A stretch of DNA of 50,486 bases, filler included, from Jimgerdemannia flammicorona (Eukaryota): the NCBI GenBank assembly GCA_003990765.1. It is 2 parts of 2 records of this genome, joined end to end, with 100 filler letters (N's around TTAATTAATTAA, not from the genome) between each part and the next. Parts side by side here need not be neighbours in the genome. Positions count along the whole stretch, not along the records: positions 1 to 25,196 come from RBNJ01000868.1; 1 more part is not named here. One strand, 5' to 3'. Below are positions 10,840 to 23,995 of the stretch, in pieces (positions within the stretch are counted from its first letter, which is position 1; every line of letters begins with the position of its first letter). A program made the translations under genes and the position numbers. Below the pieces are notes generated by a model, which was not told the origin of the DNA, made no database searches, and worked only from the letters and a program-made list of their open reading frames with translations.

Positions 10840-12964
10840 TGTAAGTGCACAACCTCCAAGCCACCAGAATCGCATGGCATCCTCAGAACTAATTCGGAAA
10901 CCACATGCGAGACTACAAAACAAGAGATCATCTGGTTACACGAAATACACCAGCAAGCATGAGAACCCACTGCCAAGATACAAGAATACTAGAAGAAGTA
11001 CTATAACCATAAGACTGACTCTGAACTACTATAGCTAGTTTAGTGTACCATACTATTACAAAAGAAACCGAAAGTACCAAACTCAAATCAAGACAAGAAG
11101 AACCCTATCTCATCCATCAAAAGGTTCACAAACTGCACTTATCAACTCAAGACCCAGTTATACCATGACTATACAAGACCTCATTACTTAGCAGAAGCAA
11201 AATGCATTTGAACAACTCTGTTCACTTTATCTGTGTCACCTCCATTAGAGAGTGATGGACACTTCATCTGAACTCAAGAAAGCCAACAATGTTGAAACCA
11301 ATCTCAAGCCATCCATGTGACAGATATTACTACTAGAAATTGTCTTGGATTACAGAAAATATCATTTCTGAGAGGTTCAAACCCCCAGCCGCGACATTGG
11401 GAGCCCTTGCCCTAGACGAGAATGGCCAGTCCTCGCAAATATGCCAGCAGACCAAAAAAAAAGAGAACCAAGACCTGTTATCCTTGTACAACTACCACCA
11501 CCAAGGACAGTCTTAATCTTACAAGAGATAGAAGTAACGACATCTTGAAAACTGATGATGTCAGAAGTCAGAAAACAGCTCAGACTTTGCCAGTGATGAT
11601 GTCATCAATAGTGATGTCATCAAAGACTAACCAGACAGTGCCTAAATCTATAAATAGCTTAGCAGTCATAGTATAGTTAGATTAGCATTGTATGACGTAA
11701 CTGTGAACTGACTCAGCAGTCAGATGATCTCTTAATATTAGTGCTCTGAACGAGTCAATCCGGATGGGATTTGGATGGATTCGAATTGGATTCGAATTGG
11801 ATTCGAATCAACCATTGTTTTGATTTCCAAATTAGACAATTAAATGTTTACATCAATAACTTGATGAATAATCATCCAAATTTGATGATCTTGGTGTCAT
11901 TTGAAAGCCCTTAATAAGGCCTTTCTAATGATACCAAGAACATTAAAATCAGATTACGTGTTGCCGAGATATTAAGGAAAACGTTCCATTTGACGAAATT
12001 TCCAAAATCGGCAAATCAAAGAATTTCCAAAATCGGCGATTCAGACATTTTCCTTCATAACTCAGCAACGCATAATCCGATTTCAATGTTCTTAGTATCA
12101 TTAGATAGGCTTTATTAAGGGCTTTCAAATGACACCAAGATCATCAAATTTGGATGATTATTCATCAAATTATTGATGTAAACATTTAATTGTCTAATTT
12201 GGAAATCAAAACAATGGTTGATTCGAATCCGATTCGAATCCGATTCGAATCCGATTCGAATCCATCCGGATGGGATTCGAATCCCATCCGAGTTGATCTG
12301 GATGGGATTCAATCCAAATCAATCCGAATCCAATCCAGATTAAATTGACTCGTTAGGAGCACTACTTAATATGTCAGATCACACTTGTACTACATGACTG
12401 CATTCTGACTCAGCAAGGCACTTAGTGCTACATCCATATCTAGCATAGTCCAGATAGCCCCTCACTAGTATAAATACCCCCTCCCCCAGACCTCAGAATC
12501 TCAGACTTAAACAGACTCGAACACACAAGAACATTTCTGAATACTTCCCCACAATACCCCTTCACACAAATACTCCTAGTATAGTAATATCATGAATAGC
12601 AAATAAACCTATTCCATAACCCACAAACCACTCTTAAGTAAATCTGCCCCCTGTTAGGTCCCATTCCTAACCCCGTCACGAAATTTCCTAATTGGGTATT
12701 GTCTGCAGCGATATGCCAATTCAACTAAGCTGGTCTTAGTTTCTTGAACTTCCTGAAATATGGAAAACCCTGAACATCCAGAACTAGTCTGGAAAAGGAC
12801 TTTGGTTGAGACATCAACCCGATCTTGAAATCAATAAGCATAGAGGACGTACTCCATATGAAATTGATCTTGACCATAAGAAATGGTCTTCCAGAACATC
12901 CAGAATATCCAGAAAACCTTTCCAGAACTACGTAATGGTTACCCTAAAAAGTAACCCTCTTACA
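10840..12964 (+). repeat. 3' LTR, interrupted by a MITE
   Basis: Copy of 5958-7449; the differences are mostly C>T and G>A transitions. Confidence 0.95.
11739..12364. mobile_element. hAT-type fold-back MITE (626 bp)
   Basis: TIRs TAGTGCTCTGAACGAGTCAAT / ATTGACTCGTTAGGAGCACTA; perfect 8-bp TSD CTTAATAT (11731-11738 and 12365-12372); absent from the 5' LTR; internal inverted arms of more than 200 bp. Confidence 0.93.
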
Positions 12965-12989
12965 ATATCTTTATCCTTAGAGAAAGAGT

Positions 12990-13199
12990 TATTCCAGAGA
13001 AAAGAGTTTTCCTTCTAAGGAGCTAGGTGAATCCAGCATAATAAATATATTAAATTTGAACTTGATTTTGTTAAGTTATTAAATTTTAAAGTTTGTCTCT
13101 AAATTTTGAATCAAATTGAACCTCAATTCAATTTGATTTAATTCCAATGACCCCCAATTCAATTCAATTGGAATTGATTCAATTTGTTTACGAGCACTA
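12990..13199 (-). mobile_element. Single end of a related hAT-type MITE
   Basis: Ends in TTTGTTTACGAGCACTA. The reverse complement resembles 25469-25590 (tagtgctc..aacaaatt...aatttgattcaaaatt...taataacttaac). No partner end found. Confidence 0.65.
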
Positions 13200-13460
13200 G
13201 GCTGGACAGTTCAGGTGATGTATATTATCAGATAGCATGATTGGGCAATTTGTGTAGAGAGTAAAGAAAATATAACAGCCAATGGCTCAGTAGAAATATG
13301 TGTGATCAGAATTCAGAAAGTCAGAATACAGGGGTCTAATACATGTATGTAAACAAGAAGTATAAACTATTTCTGAATGATCAATATGAACTTCAATATA
13401 ATCTCTGAAAATGCAAAGACTGAACTATTCTCAAGATATAAATACATATATCAGTATTAA

Positions 13461-15076
13461 TTATATATAAAGTAATTGCAATACAACCTCTATTGCCCTA
13501 ACATATATATCTATTCTCCAAAGATCAGATACTGCCAATGGATCTATCTCTGTTTGTAGCTGCATTTTTATTTCATCAGAAAGGCCAATGTCCTGAGAAG
13601 GCTCCTTTTCTTTAGATTCACCACCTATGCCAACTGGACCATCCCAATCAATTCCAAAATCCTCATGTATTCCTCCAAATATATCAAAAATATACTGGTC
13701 ATCTTCTCTTGCATCAAATCGATTCTGTTGCTCAGCATTAGATATGCCCAGAATGAACAACTGCCGTGGGGTTCTATTATTCTCCATTGTAATAGGATGT
13801 CGATTCCAACCCTCTATAAATAATTGGAGGACAGCTCAAATTTGGGGAATATATATAAAGTAAAGACACCACATATGAACTGGATTGTCAATATCTAAGA
13901 ATCCCTGATGCTCAAGTTCATAAAAAATCTTAAAATAGCAATAGATTTAAAGTTAGAAAATATATTAAATAATATTATTTAAATATATATATATAATCTT
14001 ACCTCATAAAATATTCTCAATACACAACTCCATACATCTCACCAAAGTTGTTCAATTCATTGATTATGTGTAGATTTTCCAGCAATAAAACTGCCATGGC
14101 CAATTCCTCTTATTCGCAACATAAACTTACAGACAGCATAATTTTCACCTCCCTTATCACCTTGAACTCGACTAGGACAACTCCAAGATTGGATTCCTTG
14201 TAAAAATGCTTCCATCATTGTTTCTTTCTGATTATTATTGTTTAACATAAGAAATGTTATTGCCTGAGTCATGCTATCAATACTGCCATATACAACCATC
14301 TTCCATCTATCCAATCCATGATATCCATCAATATGCCAGAGAGAGTTTGGTTGCTCAACCCAATAGACTTTTTGCTGAATACTCTCAGCCCATCGTATAG
14401 AGACAACAATAGGATCAATCACTTGTAAGGCTCTTCAAATTCGATGTCGACGAATATGTATTCCTTGGCTTCACAATACTCCAGTTAGTGTTCACTCTCC
14501 ACTATAAGCATCTGTTGTCTGCTTAAGATGCCTTATCATATTCTCCAGATCAGTATCAGAAATATCTGTCCATTGTCTACAGATTCCATAATCACGTAAT
14601 CATCTCTTGATAGTTGATTCTGAGATACCAAAGAGTCGAGCAATATCAGAATTTTTTAGACACTCTTCTACATTGGCAATAAGAATCTCCTTGCTGATAA
14701 GATAGTCTGGACGTCCACCTTGTCCAGTCCAAATAACTTGTGGTTGAATAGGTAATAATGCAACTTCATCTGCATCAACATGAGTATGGATTCTAAGAAG
14801 CAGTAAATGGGCTAAGTCAAGATTGCTCTGGATCCATAGATCAGGCAATAGAGTTGCAAGGCAATTGAGATTATTTGCAAGCTGATCCAATTGAAGAAGG
14901 TGGAGGTCAAATTCAGAATGATTGCCATTATTTCGCAAGTTCAATACATTTTGAGCATCTTGTATAATTTGGGAAGCTGTATGAAAGAAGTTCTGTATTT
15001 GATCCAGTTTGTGTGGTATGCACAGCTTACTTGGCTTATATGGTTTATATGGCTTATGTAGTTTGTGTTTGCTCAC
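13461..15076 (-). pseudogene. rve/IS3-like DDE integrase-core transposase pseudogene (IS3EU-like), one intron
   Basis: HTH IARLFGISESTIKR; core PNSLWHIDGYH...YGSID...PSRVQGDKGGEN...GKSTHNQ*IEQLW (D, D, E); intron at about 13929-14002; C-terminal GWNRHPITMENNRTPRQLF. Arg>TGA stops. Confidence 0.88.
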
Positions 15077-15179
15077 AGCTTACTCAGCTTGCACAGCTTG
15101 CACAGTTTGCATAGTTTGCACACCTTGTATGGCTTGTATGACTTGTATTGCTTGTGGATGATACAGGTTATATAGCTTA

Positions 15180-15600
15180 TGTTGACTTATGTATTTGATA
15201 GAGATTAGGTGGCATAAGCTTAAGTGAGTGGTATAAGCTTAAGTAGGTAGCATAAGTTTAAGTGGGTGGTATAAGCTTAAGTAGGTGGCATAAGCTTATG
15301 TGGGTGATGTAAGCTTAATTGCTTATAAAAAATCCACTTTTTTTGTCAATCCAATTTTTTTGGTTGTCAATGCAATTTTTTTGATCAAATTTCGTTAATC
15401 CACTTTTTTGATCAAATAATTTTTTTGGTCAAATTTCGTCAATCTAATTTTTTTGGTCAAATTTCATCAATCTAATTTTTTTGTTCAAATTTTTGTCATC
15501 AATCCAATTTTTTTGATTAAATTCATCAATCTAATTTTTTTGGTCAAATTTTTATCATCAATCCATTTTTTTTGATCAAATTTCTTGTCGATCCATGATT
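15180..15600. repeat. Short degenerate tandem repeats upstream of the transposase (subterminal-like)
   Basis: About 19-bp gcataagcttaagtaggtg copies (15205-15320), followed by about 27-bp tttttggtcaaatttcgtcaatctaatt copies. Confidence 0.7.
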
Positions 15601-15614
15601 TGATAGTTTTGACC

Positions 15615-17160
15615 CTAATGGTATGCCATATTCCAGTAGCACCTGTTATAACTCCCCAACCTCTATTTTCACCTACACTAATCTCCAATCCTCCTCCCTC
15701 TAGGGCCACCAGACCTGCTCAATCTTCCTTAAGCCTAGCCAGTCTAGCAGAAGGCCATCACACCCTCTTCCTCCTCTGTCTTCCAGCCACCTTGCCAGCC
15801 TCACTCCCATAGGCCATAGTAGTCTCTTTTATCCTCATCCACTGGACACCAACTGGGGTACCCTCCTGTATTCAACCCTCCACCCTCTGCTGAATATCCT
15901 CAGCCCACTTGTCTTGTAGTATCCTATCATCTAACAAAGAGGAATTAAGGCATCAATGTCTAGGCCCATCTACTTCCCCCAAAATGACCCTGCCCCAGCA
16001 ACCCCTAATGATCCAACCACAGATACCACTCAGCCTCCAGCAACTTTCAAACATCCAAACCCCAGCAGCTCACTGTCAGAATCCAGTTAATCCTCATCTC
16101 CAAGCTACCTGTCCAGTACATGTATATCCTCCTATTACCCCAAAACTCCCTACCAGTATCCACCAGAGTACTTAGCCTCTCCACTCCTACCCTCAGCCCC
16201 CTGCTCTCCATCAGTTCTATCTACCAGCACATCTCTGACCATATTAAAGTCTCTGCTAAGCATATCTACTTCAGCCTCTGTGAGGGCCCCACTCTCCTGG
16301 AGACTCTTCACCCAATCTACATGCTCACTCTATACAGCAGAGCAGTAGCAGGAACCCACTGTAACTGACTCCCAACCTGTTCATACCCACTCTCTCCAAA
16401 CCAGCCTATCACCCCAGCTCCTCATATCTGATTTCTCCCCTCTGCCTCTCCAGACCAGAATCCCAACCTTGTCCTTCCAAACTACCTCACCTCACCATTC
16501 CTTCATCCATTCCAGACTATTTAAGTCATTTGCACATCTGACATCCTGCAAAAGAAAGAGATCAGCCTTCAATCCCTTCAGCTAAGTAATATTGTTCTGA
16601 TACTAAAAGAACTCTATAACCTATTCACATTCAAGAAAAAAATGTTGGTTATACTGTTCATATGGAATATTGTGAGATAGCAAGTCCATCCTCTACTGCT
16701 CCATATTCATTACCTCCTGTGCCAAGTCCAGATTGTTTTCAGCAGACACCTCCTCCTCTTCAGCCCTTCTAGCCTCCAATCCAACTAGTAGCTCAGTCAT
16801 TTCCCCATCCTCCTTTTTCTCAAAATCTTCACAATACTTCAGGCAGGCCTCCTGCCAGAGTTGTAATTCATGATACTCAGCCCAACATTAGGTGGCCCAC
16901 TCATTAGCAGCAACTGCCAGCTCGGCCTCCCTCTCCTTATCAATCTCATACTCTTCCTTCTCTAGAAAAACTACAAGTATTTCTGCCTTCAGTGCCTTCA
17001 CCACTCCATTGCTATGTAGGATCTATACCCAATGCTCATTACTCATCACTCTTAGGTCCACTTCCCCCAACTCTTCAGCTGCAAAGTTATTCATCATCTG
17101 GCACACTATAGTAGGTTTCCCACCTCCTTCCCCCCTAGAGTTGCTGGCCTTAAGCTAATA
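15615..17160 (-). mobile_element. Decayed L1/Tx1-like LINE fragment (ORF1 end plus APE endonuclease)
   Basis: Reverse complement is homologous to about 22540-23990: MNSITNIFFLNVN start at 16661, and GPRH*CLNSSLLDD. Confidence 0.85.
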
Positions 17161-17169
17161 TTGCCTGCA

Positions 17170-19100
17170 AGATATATACTGGTAGGGTCTATGGCTCCTT
17201 CTTATCTCCCCACTCCCCCAACTTCCACTTATCCCCCCTTAGCACTATTGTCAAAAAGAACTCTATATCTACTTAGTACTGTATTCATGATCTTTTCTGG
17301 CCCTACCAAGGTGAGTCTGTCAATTATGACATCAATTTCAATGTCTTCCACCTCTCTTATATATGCTTCAATGAAGCTCTTGACCTCATCCATCATATTG
17401 GCAAAGGTTGTCTCTTATTGAATATGGATCTTGCCAATGCCTACTGAATAATTCAGCTGACTGAGAATTATTAGGCTTTGAATGGGCTGGCTGCTTTTAT
17501 TTCAATTGCTTTATACCTTTCAGTACTTTATCCTCTCCCTTCCTCTTCTATATCTTTACCAAACTGCTAGCTAAGATTGCCAGCCATCACAGTATTTGCT
17601 TCCTTATACACTATATGAATGACTTCCTCATTGATTCCACTCTAATGGATGTCCCTCATAATCTATGTCTGTCTCTATCTCTCTGTCAAAACCTTGGCAG
17701 ATATATCTAGGAATGTAAGATAGAAGGTCCCATCATCACCCTAGTCTTCCTGATAATTGAACAAGACTCTATTGTAATGAAAGGTCACCTCTCTCCAGCA
17801 AACTAGATGCGGTAATGTCAGTTCTATGCCAAAGGTTATCATGCAGCTCATATACTCACCCACAGTTGCAATTTCTCATTAGCTCTCTCCCTTCATATAT
17901 AAAATCATTCTACCTGGCTGCCTATTTCTATTCTGTCTCATTGACCTACTTACTGATGACTCTTCCTTCTACATTATTATAGATGAGAATGGTTATACCA
18001 ATATTTAGTAGTAGATTACCTTTCATCCACACTAGAATAGTGTCTCAGTTATTCATTCAGTCATATGGTTCTACTCTCCTAATACCCATTGTCTAGATGG
18101 ATATAAGTGACAAACTCAGCTTTTGTGCTTTCTTTGATAACCAATGGGTTTCCAAATTATGGCCTTCTATTTTTCTTTTTTTGTAATATTTAATTTAAAA
18201 AACTAAATACCATCATCACTGCCTCTATCATATGAGGCAATCACTAGTGTTTTCAATAGATTTTACTCCATACTGACAACTATATAATCATTGCAATGAT
18301 CAACTCTGGCTCATCACACAATCCTCTTACTTCAACAATTATATTTCCTAATAGCCTAGTGCTCCTTCCAGCTCTTCACCTCATTTATCCCTACCAAAGA
18401 AAATAACATTACTGATGTACTATCCTATACTAACCTCTACTGTTTTTGTCATCTCATTCCTAATATACAGATGCACCCAACAATGATTGATACAATCTCC
18501 ATTCTGAACTTTCTTACTCTTTAGTATCTAATAAGTCTTCTTTACTTATCTGAGCATACCAACTTTACTCTGACATTTGTAATATTGGTAGCATATTTAG
18601 GCTTCTTATAATCTGAAGAACTCACATGACAAGGCTTATTCAATACTTCCTCTCAGGCCTCACACTGTAGTATTGTCTTTCACTCTCACATCTTTGATCC
18701 AATCCACAACACTCTCACTCTTCCTATCTCTAAAATGGACTCCTTCTATTAAGGTACATCTCTCTCCTTATGAAGACACACTCAGATATGCCCTACACTA
18801 TCTCTCTGCTATACCTCCTCTTTCTTACTCATTCAGCTCTATCCAGTATACTCTACTTCATAATCTTTGCCTGTCATCCATTCTTCTGCCAATACCTTAT
18901 CAACTGCCTGTATTTTCTCCTCCCTTACATTAGACTGAACCTATATCTCTATACCAGACATATTTTCTATATTGATGTAATATCGGATACTGCCACTGCT
19001 GGTCTCTTCAACTATGATATCTAATTCCTTGGCCATTGGTTAAATATTATATATAAAGGCTATATTCAAATATCTGTCTCTCATTTGTTATATCTACAGA
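17170..19100 (+). mobile_element. Heavily decayed DIRS/Ngaro-like tyrosine-recombinase retrotransposon
   Basis: RT remnants IHDLFWP..ESVN, IGKGCLLLNMDLANAY and YMNDFLI (about 17612); RNaseH-like ILLHTDN; YR C-terminus HIFYID..TATAG....I*FLGHW....KGYI (about 18960-19066). Confidence 0.75.
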
Positions 19101-19495
19101 CTTCTCTCACTTGTATTTATGCTACTCATATTATCTCTCTCATCTTACTGCTAATCATTCCTCTCCTCCTCTTCCCTATATGTGATATATATTACTAGGC
19201 CTACTGACTCATGCAGTTCATATAACCAATCATCTCCACAAGACCCATGTTAACAGCCTCTCTCTTCTTTCACTCATATGATCTATATAACTAGCCTCTC
19301 TCTTTTTATTCCTTCTCCTCTCATACACCACCTATCTTTCTATTTGGACCATATCTGATCTTTATACCTTACTCTCTTAACAACTACCTCACACTCTCTA
19401 TATCTCTTTTATTTAGGACAGTTTTGTTCATTGCATCCACTCCTCTTATACCTTTTTCTCTTTCCAAATATAAGAACTTTGAACTTTTATCACAG

Positions 19496-19527
<32 letters not shown>

Positions 19528-19854
19528 ATAGTCTCACAGTTTTCTCTTTGTTGTAGTTCTGTAGTTTGCAAGTTGGGTTCAAGTTTTTCTTTATAATGTA
19601 ACTTTACTTGAGAAGAAGTGAAGGGTATAAATATTACAACTAAATATTGAATGAGGGTTTTCATACCCAATTGTAGGTCAATTATTGCAGAAATATTACA
19701 GGTACCATACTGATAGTATATGGATTTTGGTAGGATATAGGCCTCTAGAACCAACATACTCAATTTTGTATTAACTAGGAAATATCTCTCTATCATACTA
19801 TCCAAATGTATATATATCTATAGTATATCTGGTTTTACACAATTATCTTATATA

Positions 19855-19965
19855 GACACTTCATATTTATACTTCATATATATACTTTATATATATACTT
19901 TATATATATACTTTATATATATACTTCATATATATACTTTATATATATGCTTTATATACATACTT
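19855..19965. repeat. AT-rich microsatellite (atatatacttt)n
   Basis: Directly visible tandem repeats. Confidence 0.85.
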
Positions 19966-20889
19966 ATTTTTATTATCTCTCTACCTTCTGTCTTTATATA
20001 TTTCAATTTTGTTTCATGTACCATTGGTTCTAGACCAGTGTCATTCTTCACATCCACTCTTCATATATCTTTTTCTATTTTCAAATATATAAACTTTGAA
20101 CATTTCTCTACACTATAGTTCTATTATTTGCATATTGGGTTCAAGTATTTCTTCATAATATAACTTTACTCAAGAAGAAGTATAGGGGTCAAATATTATA
20201 GCTAGACATTAACAAACTTTTTCAACAGAACAAATATTTAATAATATAATTGTAAAAAAAAAAAAACATTTATATATATATCTCAAAATAACTACTGATT
20301 GATAATATTACTAATATCTCTAACAGTATTAAGTAAATATGTACTCATTTTGCAACTTTGAAACTCTAAATTATACCAAAAATATAAAATATTAAGACCT
20401 ATTTCTTATTGCTCATTAGATGACCAGAGAGGTTCTTTAGTAGTATTATTTATAAATAAAGTATATAATCCCAACCTTCTTAATAATAAAATACTTATTA
20501 TATTCCAGCACTCAATTAAAGAGTTATTTAAACTCAGCTGTGTTGCATTAGCCAAAAGCTCAATAAGAACTATGAATTAATTTGAATTAAGAGCTATGAT
20601 GATAAGATTACTATATCTATAACTATTATTATCTAAATAAAATATTATAAGATACTACTACCTAGTAATTTGAAAGCCTCATAACTTGCCAAATTAATTC
20701 ACCAGAACTTGATTAAGTTCTGTATTAAATATACTCTCAAATAAACTTTTTAATTACTAAAACCATTTACAGAAATATATATTGTCTTGAATTAGCAGTT
20801 TAATACTTAGTGAAAAATGTTTTTATTATAAAAAATAAATAGCTTCCTGTAATACTTTCGGAGTATCTATAGAGTTCACATCTCTTTCC

Positions 20890-23800
20890 AGTACCATTCA
20901 GGTTACACAACCTTTGGAAGGCACTCATAACATCGTTTTTGGAGAAAAGAGACTAACAATATGGCGACTGACAGGCAACCTGAGGTGTGCACTGGGCAGG
21001 GTGGCCCAAGTGCTTTCGACTGGCAGCAGGTGGGGAGGGGTCTGGGCCTGGGGGGGGTTAAGAGGGGGCTGCTGGTGGGTGGATGTGGAAGGGGTGAAGG
21101 TGGAGGTGGAGACTCAGGATCTGGGAGGGCGAGCTTTGTGGAGATGGTGAAGGAGAGACAGCAGGCATCAGGGCTGGAGGGCTGGTTGAGGAAGGGCAAG
21201 GAGACCGAGAAGGTGACAGTGCAGGGGGGAGCAGCCCTTGGAAGGGGGGGTAGTGGAGCTGGGGGAGTAGCAGCTGGGGGGAGTGTGACTGCTGATGGTG
21301 ATGGGACTGTCAATCTTGAAAAAAATCCAGATGTAACGGCTGATGGCGAGGCCGAGTGGTTGAGGCTTAGAAGACAAGGGGATCTGGTGGATGGTGTAAC
21401 GGGTCTGGCAGTGGCCCCATTACTCAAAAAATCGATCTTGGCATTTGCAGTTATACTGTGCTTCCAGGGCCTAGCAGTGACAGCAAAAATGGTACTGGGG
21501 CTCATCGCTAAGCAGGTGGCAGGAGCTGCATCCGTGAAGTTTTTGAAGAGACTGGAGGGAGTGGAGGTGGGTTTTGAGGAGGCGGCGCCACTGGAGGAGG
21601 TGCTGAAGGTTGGATTGGTAGTTGGAGAGGTGTGTGTTCTGATGGCATGCTGCCTGAAGTGGGATCCCAGGGTGGTCCAACTGCTGGTGAAAGGAGTGCC
21701 GATAGTGACAGTGATGGAGACAAGAAAGAGAGTTGAGGATTTCATGGCAGAATATGGAGAGGTGGTGGATATCAGATTCAGGGTCTGGGAAGGGACCACA
21801 CTCAGGACTGGTGACGTGGATGTGAGGATTCGGCTGGCTGGGAAGGAAGCTACTGGGAAGGCGAGGGACTGGCCTTCAGTGATGGTCTGGAGAGTGATCT
21901 TGTGTAAGGTGACAAGGGTGAAGGGAAGTGAGGAGGAGGAGGAGGATTTATTGGAAGTGCTAGAAGAGTTGGATGGTGCTGTAAAGAGGTGAGCGAAGGC
22001 TTGGGAGGCCTTTGTGGAATCGACACACTTGGAGGTGGCAGATTCGAGTGACTAAGGAGCAGTGGGAAAGAGCTCAGGGGTGTAAGAGACAGAAAGAGCT
22101 GCTGGCCAAGCTGGATACTGGGCCACTGGGGGATGCGAGCAAGATGAAGGGCACAGGGGGAGCTGAAGCGAGCATCTGGGCCGGCGAGGGAGAAGGGAAG
22201 AATAAGAAGGAGGCAGGGGAGGATAAGGCAAAACCTAGTAACGACTCATATGCTGATGGTATGCTGGAGGTTTGGGAGGAGGACTGGGAGGGCTCTCCTA
22301 CCCCCACCCCTCTTATCAGGTATGGCCCGGCTTCCAGAAACAGAGTGTTAGAAGATGTGCCAATGCGAGGGGCCCAGAGGGTGCAATTCGGAGTTCCAGA
22401 GACGGTATATGGGGGACAGATGGTGGCAGCTGGAGAGGAGGAACTGGTGGATGTCCCAGAGGTATGGGATGAGTCTGCAAGTGCTGGAGCTGACACCATA
22501 ATGTTGGATGGAGGGAGGCCGGTGACTCTGGGGAGGAAGGAGGTGGGGAACTTACTTTGGATGTGCTGGATGATGAATAACTTGGCAGCAGTAGAATTGG
22601 GAGAGGTGGACTTGAGAGTGATGAGTGATGAGCATTGGGTAGGGATACTGCAGAGGGATAGAGTGATGAAGGCATTGAAGGTGGAAATTCTTATGGTGTA
22701 CCTGGAGGAGGAAGGATATGAGGTGGATAAGGAGAGGGAGGCAGAGATGGTGGTAGTTGCTGGAGAGTGGGCTGAATACTGCTGGAACAAGTGTCATGGA
22801 CTGCAGCTCTGGCAGGAGGCATGCATAGAATACTGAGAGAAGTTCGAGGAGAAGGCAGATAGAGAGATGAATGAACTGCTGGCTGGATTGGAGGCTCAGA
22901 GGGCAGAAGAGGAGGAGGTGGCTGCAGAACACAATCTGGACATAGCACAGGGGGAGATGAGCATAGAGCAGTAGAGATCGATTGACAACATAACATATTT
23001 CATTATGAACAGTACAACCAATATTTTTTCTCTAAATGTGAATGAGTTATGGGGTGCTGCTCAACGTAGGAACATTTTTACTTGGATGAAGGGATTGGAG
23101 GCCAATCTCTTCCTCTTGCAGGATGTCAGGTGTGAGGAGGATTCTAATAAGATGGAATGGACGAAGGAATGGGGAGGTGTGGCGATTTGGAAGGGCAAGG
23201 TTGGGATTTTGGTTCGGAAAGGCAGAGGGGAGATATAGGATGTGAGGAGCTGGGGGGAGAGACTGGTCTGGGGTGAGTGGATTCATGCAGGCTGAGAGCC
23301 AGTTACAGTTGGCTCCTGTTACTGCCCTGTAGTATGGGGTGAGCAAGTAGATTGGGTGAAAGGTTTACAGGAGAGTGGGATCCTTGCAGATGTGCTTGGG
23401 GGAGATTTCAATATGGTTTGGGACATACTGCTAGATAGAACAGATGGAGGATAAGGTGCTGAGAGCAGGAGTGGAGGACTGGTGGCATGGAAGGAAGTAG
23501 AAAGACTAAGAGCACTGGTAGATGCTGGTAGGGAGTGCTGGGGGAATAGGAGGGTTTATACACATTGGGCAGGGGGTTTGGGGACAAGAATCGACTGGGT
23601 TTTGATGGCCAGCTGCTGGGGCTTAGATGTTTGGAAGTCACTGGAGGTGGAATGGTGTCCATTGTCAGATCACTGGGGGCTTTTGGGACAGGGGTGCTTT
23701 GGGGGAAGTGGGGATGGGCCTGGACATTGGTGCCTCAATTCCTCATTGTTAGATGACAGGAACTGGTGGGATGAGTGGGCTAAGGACATTCAGCTGAGGG

Positions 23801-23995
23801 TGGAGAACTGGTGGTGGGAAGGTGCCTCAGTTGGGGCTTAGTGGATGAGGATGAAGGAGATTGCCAAGATTTACTGGAGTGAGGCTGGCAAGGAGGCAGG
23901 GAAGCAGAGAAGGCAAAGAGTGCATTGGGCTTCTACTAGATTAACTAGGCTCCTGGAGGAGTGGGCGAGGCTGATGATGTTGGAGGATGAAGAAG
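20890..23995 (+). mobile_element. L1/Tx1-like LINE, 5' portion: ORF1 (20961 to about 22990) and ORF2 APE endonuclease (from 23005), cut by an LTR
   Basis: Purine-rich ORF1 with an RRM-like segment (YGEVVDIRF...RTGD). ORF2 has SLNVN, LLQD, LGGDFN, YTHW...TRIDWVL, SDH and GPGHWCLNSSLLD motifs. No RT is reached. Confidence 0.9.

Larger units (their letters stand above)
5958..12964 (+). mobile_element. Non-autonomous Ty3/Gypsy (chromovirus-like) LTR retrotransposon carrying a dUTPase
   Basis: TGTAAG...CTTACA LTRs at both ends; 5-bp target-site duplication ATATC (5953-5957 and 12965-12969); PBS and PPT present; gag knuckle, dUTPase, protease and chromodomain start present; no RT, RNaseH or integrase core. 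Confidence 0.95.

Noticed and set aside
13461..15076. Bacterial IS or contamination
   Set aside because: It contains a spliceosomal intron and shares the CpG decay of its surroundings.
20903..22996. Long Ser/Pro-rich minus-strand ORFs
   Set aside because: Antisense shadows of the purine-rich LINE ORF1.
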